DNA of 32,833 nt from a virus (taxonomy: Duplodnaviria; Caudoviricetes): positions 1 through 32,833 of the IMG/VR virus record IMGVR_UViG_3300017544_000009. One strand, 5' to 3'. How positions within the stretch are numbered: position 1 is the first letter of the stretch; each line of letters starts with the position of its first letter. Under the pieces are notes generated by a model that was not told the DNA's origin, did no database searches, and saw only the letters and a program-made list of their open reading frames with translations. Positions 26,905-32,833 of this stretch are shown here, in pieces. Position numbers and translations under genes: made by a program.

Positions 26905-28310
26905 GCGTAGCGCCTCCCATAACTCGGCTGATAGCGCGCACGAGCGGCCTGACGTGCTGCATGGAACTTGCTGGCCCATGCGGCCGGGTTCTTGTATCCA
27001 CGTTGCTGTCCCAGCTTTATCAGGTCATCGACCGACTGCGCCCGGCGCTCCTCCTGCTTGCGGGCCGCGCGTAGGACGGCGGGATCAACTTCCGCGAGAT
27101 CGCCTTCGCGCTGCTCGATTTCACGACCCTGCGCTTCGGGCTGGTGCCCACATGCCGGGCACTTCGGCGCGGGACGATAGACATGGAAACATTCCATGCA
27201 GGTCTTGATGGCGACCGATGCCTTATCGTCCTTCTTACGCTTCTCGCGATCGGCCAACGTCCATTCGCGGTCATCATCGGGCAGGCCGTGGATCAGGCTG
27301 TTGCCAGCGTGGTCGAGAATGATTGCCTCTGTTTTCCCCGGAGCCGGGCGAAGCGCGCGGCCGACTTGTTGAAGGTGTAGCGACAGACTCTTAGTCGGGC
27401 GGAGCAGAATGACAGCCTCGATCGCCGGAACATCGAAGCCCTCCCCGAACAGTTCGCAGTTCGTCAGGACCAGCGTTTCACCTGCGATGAAACGGGAGAT
27501 AGCGGCGTCACGGCTACCGCTGTCCATGGTGCCATCGACATGTTCGGCGGGGATGCCATTGGCGTTGAACTGCGCCGCGATATGCTGGCTGTGCTCGACG
27601 TTGACCGCGAAGGCTACGGCCCGCTTGCCCCGGCACAACTTGAGGTAATGTTGGACCGCATCACCTGTGATGGAAGGCTTGTCCATCGCCGCAGCAAGAT
27701 CGTCTTTCTTGAAGTCGCCCGCCTGCATCTTGATCGCGCCGGTATCGACCTGCGTGGGCGCGAACAGGCGGTAGCGTGACAGGCTGCCCTCCGCGATCAG
27801 TTCGGCAACGGTCGGGCCATTCACCATCTGCTCGAACCAGTTGCCCAATCCCTTGCCGTCAAGGCGCCATGGTGTCGCTGTCAAGCCTATGATCTTGGCT
27901 TGGGGAAAGGCGTCAAAAACCTTCTGCCACTGGCTGGCACCCAGATGGTGGCACTCATCGAAGATGATGAGATCGGGCGGGGTAAGCCTGTCGAGGCGGC
28001 GGGCGACCGTCTGGATGCTCCCGATCTGGACACGCTTATGCGGGTCTGAGGAATGACCACCCGCGATGATGCCGTGCTGGATGCCCATGGCCGCGAACGT
28101 CCTGGAAGTCTGTCCAATCAATTCCCGGCGATGGGCGAGCCACCAGCATATGAGGCCCTTCGCGCTGCTACCTTCGATCATCTTCGATCCGGAAACGGTC
28201 TTGCCGCCGCCCGTTGCGAGCTGGAGAAGGACCGCCCGCTTACGCTCGCGGAAACTTTGGCGCGCGCCATCGAGTAATGCATCCTGATATGGTCGCAGGA
28301 CGATGTTCAT
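26901..28310 (-). CDS. Superfamily 2 DEAD/DEAH helicase with C-terminal Zn finger
   Basis: LRPYQ, TGGGKT, DECHH, GLTATPWR, EGFDVP, QQVGRALR, CMEC...CPACG. Start 28310. Confidence 0.93.
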   Translation of the reverse strand: MNIVLRPYQDALLDGARQSFRERKRAVLLQLATGGGKTVSGSKMIEGSSAKGLICWWLAHRRELIGQTSRTFAAMGIQHGIIAGGHSSDPHKRVQIGSIQTVARRLDRLTPPDLIIFDECHHLGASQWQKVFDAFPQAKIIGLTATPWRLDGKGLGNWFEQMVNGPTVAELIAEGSLSRYRLFAPTQVDTGAIKMQAGDFKKDDLAAAMDKPSITGDAVQHYLKLCRGKRAVAFAVNVEHSQHIAAQFNANGIPAEHVDGTMDSGSRDAAISRFIAGETLVLTNCELFGEGFDVPAIEAVILLRPTKSLSLHLQQVGRALRPAPGKTEAIILDHAGNSLIHGLPDDDREWTLADREKRKKDDKASVAIKTCMECFHVYRPAPKCPACGHQPEAQGREIEQREGDLAEVDPAVLRAARKQEERRAQSVDDLIKLGQQRGYKNPAAWASKFHAARQAARARYQPSYGRRYA

Positions 28311-28486
28311 AGCCCACTTGCCTCCGCGATCTTGCACAGCGTCCCGTAGGACCGGCGCGTTCTTGCCTTGACCTCTGCTATAGGAAGGACGCGAAGCATC
28401 TTTACGATCTCCTCGCGCTCGCGGGCGGTAATGTTAGGCCGCGCCTTCCGTCCCGCTTCCTTGATGGCTGATTGCATCGTGTTCAT
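28307..28486 (-). CDS. 59-aa basic, HTH-like protein (not in the ORF track)
   Basis: MNTMQSAIKEAGRKARPNITAREREEIVKMLRVLPIAEVKARTRRSYGTLCKIAEASGL. ATGA overlaps on both sides. Confidence 0.7.
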   Translation of the reverse strand: MNTMQSAIKEAGRKARPNITAREREEIVKMLRVLPIAEVKARTRRSYGTLCKIAEASGL

Positions 28487-29115
28487 GCGGCGGCTCCTTC
28501 ATAATCAGAGCGCCGCTCCAGTTGTTTCCGGCAGGGAGCGACCCAGGAAAGCCGCGTCGATTGGGAATTTTCCATCCAGACGAGCCATGCATATGCCGTG
28601 GCCGTCGATCCTTCGGGAGCGAGGCGCCCTTTATGCATGACCACGCGCTCCGTGAACTGGAGGACATGAGAAGGAGGATTCGCAGCGAACAGCCGCTCAT
28701 ATCGCCCTTGTCCTTCCAGAAAGGCAGCGCGCACAATGACGGCGCAACCTTCCCGGCTCGTGGCCCGCATCCGTTCGATGAACTGCTCAGCGAGGCGGAA
28801 CGGCGGGTTGGTTATCGTCCAGTCAACCGAGGCAGGCGCGGGACCGAACAGATAGTCGGCCTGCGGGAAGCCAGCGCCGTAATCGAAGATGTCCGACCCT
28901 TCGACGCTCGCGAAATATTCGCGCAGCGGCTTGACCATGTGACCCCGATTCGCAGCGGGTTCGCGGCAAGTGAGGTTCCCAAGACGGCGCATCTGGCGGC
29001 CAGACAGCCACTCGCACAGCGCCCGTGTCGCCCACGGCGGCGTTGGAAAGTCGTCAAGGGAATCATGCGCCTCGACACGGCGTTGCATGACGGCGGTGGA
29101 TCTGTTCTGGCTCAC
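28483..29115 (-). CDS. Orphan amino (probably N6-adenine) DNA methyltransferase
   Basis: DDFPTPPW, EPAANRGHM (motif I-like), SDIFDYG, ITNPPF (motif IV), YAWLVW. No cognate restriction enzyme nearby. Confidence 0.88.
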   Translation of the reverse strand: MSQNRSTAVMQRRVEAHDSLDDFPTPPWATRALCEWLSGRQMRRLGNLTCREPAANRGHMVKPLREYFASVEGSDIFDYGAGFPQADYLFGPAPASVDWTITNPPFRLAEQFIERMRATSREGCAVIVRAAFLEGQGRYERLFAANPPSHVLQFTERVVMHKGRLAPEGSTATAYAWLVWMENSQSTRLSWVAPCRKQLERRSDYEGAAA

Positions 29116-29612
29116 GCCGCACCTCCGACCAGCGAAAGCCGAGCCGTGGACATGCGCGCCCGCAGCGCGTCAATCGCCCGCGTGGCCTCGTCCAGCGCTT
29201 CTGCGCCGATCTGCGCCAGTTCATCGTCATCAACGGTCCCCGGCGTCTCTATGTCCGTCAGGGCGGCGCTGATGAGGTGCGCCAGCTTAAGAATGCGGCT
29301 GAGCTTTTCGCTATCGGACGACAGGTCGCCCCCGACCTCGACCAGCTTCATGCCGATCAGAGACAGAACGCCATTGGCGAAACGGCCATTCCATTCCCGG
29401 CTCGCGAGCAGGAATGACGTGACGGACATTTCCGCCAGTCCGCTGCCATATTTGGACGCCTGATCCTCGCCCTTGCCCAGAACGCGGCCAATATCACCCC
29501 ATGTCAGTCCATCCTCTTTTTTGATGGCGGACAGGTCTTCGGCGATCCGGTCGAGCGCCTTAGAAGCGGAAAAGGACGCGCGGCGGGCGTGGATTGTCGG
29601 CTTGCTGCTCAT
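29112..29612 (-). CDS. CII-like HTH regulator
   Basis: GLTWGDIGRVLGKGEDQASKY HTH. Position downstream of cro. Confidence 0.6.
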   Translation of the reverse strand: MSSKPTIHARRASFSASKALDRIAEDLSAIKKEDGLTWGDIGRVLGKGEDQASKYGSGLAEMSVTSFLLASREWNGRFANGVLSLIGMKLVEVGGDLSSDSEKLSRILKLAHLISAALTDIETPGTVDDDELAQIGAEALDEATRAIDALRARMSTARLSLVGGAA

Positions 29613-29818
29613 CTATCAGCGCTTTCATGAAGGGAGTGAGACAAATCAGAACCGCACCGGGCCGGATTGTGGCCGTGCCCGGTGCCGCCTGCGGGCGACC
29701 CGGCAGGCTGAGGAATGAAGATTGCGGGACGGCCGCTAACGAAGGACATGCCTTCGGGGCCGTCGACCACGGCGTGGAAGCCGAGCAGATTGGTGTAGCG
29801 GCTTTGCGCGTCGTCCAC
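29609..29818 (-). CDS. Hypothetical 69-aa protein
   Basis: GTG start with GGGAGG upstream. ATGA overlap with the next gene. No motif. Confidence 0.4.
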   Translation of the reverse strand: MDDAQSRYTNLLGFHAVVDGPEGMSFVSGRPAIFIPQPAGSPAGGTGHGHNPARCGSDLSHSLHESADR

Positions 29819-29821
29819 AGT

Positions 29822-29923
29822 CTACACCCTCCCCGTCACGAACATGCGGAGGATGCCCCACCAGAAGGCGAGGGTGGCGTGAGGCTGGAAGCGGTGGCGG
29901 CGGATGCGAGGGGGCGCGCTCAT
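29822..29923 (-). CDS. Possible 33-aa peptide (not in the ORF track)
   Basis: MSAPPRIRRHRFQPHATLAFWWGILRMFVTGRV with a GGGAGG RBS. Confidence 0.4.
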   Translation of the reverse strand: MSAPPRIRRHRFQPHATLAFWWGILRMFVTGRV

Positions 29924-29952
29924 GCTATCGTGCCTCCCGAAGGAGATTCGGA

Positions 29953-30222
29953 ATGGATGATGAAGTGGTTGCCGCCATTACCGCGATGGCGCTCGCTGGC
30001 CTCACAGCCGGAACAAATGCGATGCGGGTTCTCGTCAATCGAGGCTTGGCAAGCCCAGAGGACGTTGACGATTTTGCTAACAGTCTCACCTATCATTTCA
30101 GCCCTCCCGGCGAGAGTGCGGCGCAGGACTATTTCCGAGACGTGCTCGAAATTCGATATTCTCCCGTGCTTGCCGAACTGCGCGAATACGCTCGGAAGAA
30201 TTGGCGCGGAGAAAGCGGATGA
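29953..30222 (+). CDS. Hypothetical 89-aa protein inserted antisense in the cro operon
   Basis: AAGGAGA RBS at about 29940-29947. Protein-like helical composition. Confidence 0.65.
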   Translation: MDDEVVAAITAMALAGLTAGTNAMRVLVNRGLASPEDVDDFANSLTYHFSPPGESAAQDYFRDVLEIRYSPVLAELREYARKNWRGESG

Positions 30223-30267
30223 CATCAGCCATGATGGCGCTGTTGGCCGCGAGGAGGCCCAGCCCGC

Positions 30268-30474
30268 TCATGCCGCTGCGTCCTGTGGGGCTAGGATTAG
30301 GTCAGCCTCAGTGACGACGCCGCCAGTAGCCGTCGCGATTTTTACTGCCAGCGGAAGCGAAGGCTGCCTCTGGCCATAAGCAATCTTTCGGACAGTGTTC
30401 TCCGCCTCGCCGATTTCCTCGGCAAACGCGGCGACCGTCTTTTTAGCGGCTTTCAGGTGATCGATGAGTTTCAT
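30268..30474 (-). CDS. cro: Cro-like repressor (68 aa)
   Basis: TVAAFAEEIGEAENTVRKIAYGQRQPSLPLAVKIATATGGVVT XRE/Cro HTH, divergent from cI. Start ATG 30474. Confidence 0.85.
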   Translation of the reverse strand: MKLIDHLKAAKKTVAAFAEEIGEAENTVRKIAYGQRQPSLPLAVKIATATGGVVTEADLILAPQDAAA

Positions 30475-30481
30475 GCCCAGT

Positions 30482-30510
30482 AATATGCCCACATTGGGCA
30501 CATATGGCAA
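30482..30510 (-). promoter_or_regulatory. PR-like promoter TTGCCA-N17-CATATT; cro ATG 7 nt downstream (leaderless)
   Basis: Sigma70-like hexamers with a 17-bp spacer that contains an operator. Confidence 0.7.
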
Positions 30511-30561
30511 GGGCATATTGTGCCCAAATGGTCATCTTCCCGTCGATGCCCACATTGGGCA
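30486..30561. promoter_or_regulatory. OR-like operators TGCCCA-N3-TGGGCA
   Basis: Identical TGCCCACATTGGGCA at 30486-30500 and 30547-30561. Variant TGCCCA-AA-TGGTCA at 30521-30534. Confidence 0.85.
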
Positions 30562-30571
30562 CAAGGCCGTT

Positions 30572-31228
30572 ATGTCGAGCAACAACATTGCGGAGATTCG
30601 GAAAGCGGCTGGTCTTTCCCAAACCGATCTGGCTGAAGCCATCGGAACGACACTGAATAATCTAGGCAAACTTGAGCGCGGAGATCGCCGTCTCAACCAA
30701 GACTGGATCAATAAAATCGCAACAGCGCTTGATGTTGAACCGAGTATGCTCATCGGCCCTAGTAGAAACGCGGCACCAATCAAATCCGATCATGTGCCGA
30801 CCCTTCCATCCGAAGACGGCTCAATCCCCCTCCGCCATCTCGATATGAGCCTATCCATGGGCGACGGCTCGAACATCGACGACTATTTCGAGGAAGGTGT
30901 CTTCGAGTTTGACGCCAATCTGTTGCGAACGATCAGCCGCGCGCCGTCGCATCGCCTGATCGTCGGTCACGGAATCGGTGACAGCATGAATCCCACGCTG
31001 CACGACCGGGATATGGTGATCTTCGACACGACGCAGACCATGCTCAACACGACCGACAAGATATGGGCGATCAGCCTGTTCGGGGCGGGCGGCATCAAGC
31101 GGTTGCGGCCTATCGCGCGGGATCGCGTGCTGATTATTTCGGATAATCCGACGTTGGAGAACCAGGAAGTGTCCACCGAGGATTTGCGGATATTGGGCCG
31201 GGTGATCTGGTCGGCGCGGAGGCATTGA
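30572..31228 (+). CDS. cI: CI-like repressor (XRE HTH + S24 autopeptidase)
   Basis: IAEIRKAAGLSQTDLAEAIGTTLNNLGKLERG HTH. SMG at the cleavage-site position, GDSMNP (Ser), IKRL (Lys), ISDNP, ILGRVIW. Start ATG 30572 with no SD. Confidence 0.93.
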   Translation: MSSNNIAEIRKAAGLSQTDLAEAIGTTLNNLGKLERGDRRLNQDWINKIATALDVEPSMLIGPSRNAAPIKSDHVPTLPSEDGSIPLRHLDMSLSMGDGSNIDDYFEEGVFEFDANLLRTISRAPSHRLIVGHGIGDSMNPTLHDRDMVIFDTTQTMLNTTDKIWAISLFGAGGIKRLRPIARDRVLIISDNPTLENQEVSTEDLRILGRVIWSARRH

Positions 31229-31491
31229 TGGCTAAAACTCTCAGTGAGGCCGAGTGGCACAGAGCTGCCGATCTGATAAACGCGGCGGCATTAGACCATG
31301 AAGATCCATGTTCGGTGTGCGGCGGGCAAAACCAACTTTTGCCGGCCATTGTAGATGTTCCTGCTGGGCGAGACCCGAACGGCAATGATCTGATTATTCC
31401 GGCCATAACAACAATATGCGATAAATGCGGCTATGTGCGGCAGTTCTCCGCAGTGGCTCTAGGATTGTTCGACGAGGAAAGTGATGCCTGA
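31228..31491 (+). CDS. Zn-ribbon protein (CSVC...CDKCG), 87 aa
   Basis: TGATG overlap with cI. Two CxxC pairs. Confidence 0.8.
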   Translation: MAKTLSEAEWHRAADLINAAALDHEDPCSVCGGQNQLLPAIVDVPAGRDPNGNDLIIPAITTICDKCGYVRQFSAVALGLFDEESDA

Positions 31492-31819
31492 AGCCGTTGA
31501 TATGGAAGCCTATAGGAAGTCGTCGCAAAAATATCGGACAGCGGCTCACTTGCCTGGGGTCTTGAAAGATGGGGACGGAGATGGCACATCGGGAGGCATG
31601 GAAGCACGTGTCGCCAAGCTGGAAGCGGATGTGTCCCATCTCGTGAAACAGGTGGACCGCATCGACGCGCGCACGGAGCCTATGCCTGCCGACATTGCTG
31701 TCATTAAGGCGACGATGGCGGGCAAGGGCTTCATTGTGACGGCCTTGGGCATTAGCCTTACGCTGCTGGTCGCCGCCTTGACCATCCTCTCCAAGCTGGG
31801 GCTTTTGGCCGCAGGTTAA
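31484..31819 (+). CDS. Coiled-coil protein with C-terminal TM helix (XhlA-like architecture)
   Basis: GGMEARVAKLEADVSHL heptads, then FIVTALGISLTLLVAALTIL. Overlaps the previous stop. Confidence 0.75.
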   Translation: MPEAVDMEAYRKSSQKYRTAAHLPGVLKDGDGDGTSGGMEARVAKLEADVSHLVKQVDRIDARTEPMPADIAVIKATMAGKGFIVTALGISLTLLVAALTILSKLGLLAAG

Positions 31820-32220
31820 TGCGCCTCCTCTCCCTAGCCGTAGTCGGGGCCGATCATCCCAACAAGAAAGGCCCGACACGCCGCTTTGAGATAGCGATGT
31901 GCATCCCCGGCGAGCCTGTCCATCTGGTGCCGGAACCCAAGAACATCGCGGACAAGCAGGCCATCGCCGTCTATAGCGCCCGCCATATCCAGATCGGCTA
32001 TATTCGCGCCGAACGCTGCCAGATGATCCACACCGCCATGCGCCGCCTTGGCGTGAAGGCGATCTTCCAACAGGCAGACAAGTGGGGTGCGACGATCCGC
32101 GCCCACCTCGACGGGACCGAGCCTGTGTTGCCGGAACCTTCCGACTCGCGCGCTGCTGATTGGCCGCCTCCGGGGTCGGAAGATGCTGACTGGTGGCCGG
32201 ATGAGATTTGGCCTGATTAA
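31819..32220 (+). CDS. HIRAN-domain protein
   Basis: LAVVG...VHLVPEPKNIADKQAIAVY...QIGYI matches the HIRAN pattern L..Ep.N..D..AI.V.....IGY. TAATG overlap. Confidence 0.85.
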   Translation: MRLLSLAVVGADHPNKKGPTRRFEIAMCIPGEPVHLVPEPKNIADKQAIAVYSARHIQIGYIRAERCQMIHTAMRRLGVKAIFQQADKWGATIRAHLDGTEPVLPEPSDSRAADWPPPGSEDADWWPDEIWPD

Positions 32221-32223
32221 AAA

Positions 32224-32278
32224 TATGCCCACAGTGGGCATTTAGTTAGTTGACATATGCCCAGATAGGGCACATAAC
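32224..32278 (+). promoter_or_regulatory. OL-like operators and PL-like promoter
   Basis: ATGCCCAC-A-GTGGGCAT palindrome at 32225-32241. TGCCCA-GAT-AGGGCA at 32258-32272, inside TTGACA(32250)-N17-CATAAC(32273). Confidence 0.85.
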
Positions 32279-32316
32279 ACCTCCATCGAAAGGCAATCGG
32301 GCCTGAGACGGAGGAC

Positions 32317-32833
32317 ATGATGGCGCAGGGCGCAATCCAGATAGACGAAGCGAAACTGGCGACCGTGATGGAGTGGGGCCTGTCGAGTGGCGACCATCAC
32401 AGCTTTGAGGATGGCGTATGTGCGATGGAAGCTGTAGCCTACATCACCGGCGAACCGCACTCGGATCATCCTGCCTGCGTTTGCCCGGTCATCACTGCCT
32501 TCATGATCTCATGGAACGACAGTCTGAGCGACGAGGATCGCAACCGCCTCATTCTTCCGCTGATCGTCAAGACGGTCGGGACACGCTCCACGCCGGAAGT
32601 TGAGGAACGGCGCGCCATCATGGCGGCGGACTGGCTTATCCGCGTCCATACGCCCGCTTGGCTTCGGCTAGCTGGCCTCAAGGATCAGGCTGATACGCTC
32701 GCCAATCTGCCGGAAATCACGGGCGTTGAAGGCTTCGCACCGATCAAGGCCCCGCTGGAAGCCATCAGGAAAGATGCGGCTGCCGCACGGGATGCCGCAT
32801 GGGATGCCGCACGGGCTGCCGCAGGGGATGCCG
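32317..32833 (+). CDS. First PL-operon gene: conserved phage hypothetical protein with Ala-rich tetrapeptide repeats (truncated by the window)
   Basis: GGAGG RBS. MMAQGAIQIDEAKL...GVCAMEAVAYITGEPHSDHPACVCPVI...KDAAAARDAAWDAARAAAGDA. Open to the window end. Not in the ORF track. Confidence 0.85.
   Translation, partial: MMAQGAIQIDEAKLATVMEWGLSSGDHHSFEDGVCAMEAVAYITGEPHSDHPACVCPVITAFMISWNDSLSDEDRNRLILPLIVKTVGTRSTPEVEERRAIMAADWLIRVHTPAWLRLAGLKDQADTLANLPEITGVEGFAPIKAPLEAIRKDAAAARDAAWDAARAAAGDA
32778..32833 (+). repeat. 12-bp imperfect tandem repeat (GG(G)[AC]TGCCGCAN) encoding AAxD/AAxA units
   Basis: ggctgccgcacg-ggatgccgcatg-ggatgccgcacg-ggctgccgcagg-ggatgccg; continues past the window end. Confidence 0.85.

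Larger units (their letters stand above)
1..32833. mobile_element. Temperate podovirus-type prophage/phage (both ends outside the window)
   Basis: Contiguous lysis, tail, head, packaging, replication and immunity modules. No host genes, integrase or att site seen. Confidence 0.95.

Noticed and set aside
28333-28339. Another CTGTGCA on the minus strand
   Set aside because: Inside a coding region, and the hexamer 29 nt downstream is TCGTCC, without the TA. A few chance 7-mers are expected in 33 kb.
29920-30271. Minus-strand ORFs directly after cro (101 aa at 29920-30225; about 57 aa from ATG 30271)
   Set aside because: They lie opposite the better-supported plus-strand gene 29953-30222 and have no recognisable motif. 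They cannot be fully excluded.
30464-30571. N-terminal extensions of CI (254 aa) and Cro (82 aa) in the ORF track
   Set aside because: They run through the operator/promoter region. The HTH domains begin right after ATG 30572 and ATG 30474.

Overview
The whole window is part of one temperate podovirus-type prophage or phage. It has a BPP-1/epsilon15-like virion module and a lambdoid immunity switch; a GC-rich alphaproteobacterial host such as a sphingomonad is inferred. On the minus strand, reading right to left from the switch: cro, a CII-like HTH protein, an orphan adenine MTase, an SF2 helicase, a VRR-NUC nuclease, a VapE-type ATPase followed by an iteron-rich origin, a stand-alone DnaA domain-IV protein, terminase S/L, portal, scaffold, major capsid, cement protein, tail tubular A/B, three internal (ejection) proteins, a tailspike and the start of the lysis module (holin-like protein, GH108 endolysin). 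One ejection protein carries an M23 peptidase; another is a 2177-aa polyvalent protein with a BECR-type nuclease-like insert. On the plus strand: cI, followed by a coupled Zn-ribbon / coiled-coil-TM / HIRAN trio, two single inserted genes and the first gene of the PL operon. Most notable: (1) a bipartite element CTGTGCA-N29-TARRCC with identical spacing in front of the head, tail and tailspike operons, whose upstream half resembles a DnaA box, together with the phage-encoded DnaA domain-IV protein, suggesting a late-activation system; (2) RBS-occluding hairpins or a leaderless start at those same promoters; (3) the cI-coupled three-gene cassette, a candidate defence system; (4) a free-standing paralogue of an internal tail-nozzle domain. 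All family assignments come from motif recognition by eye, not from database searches.
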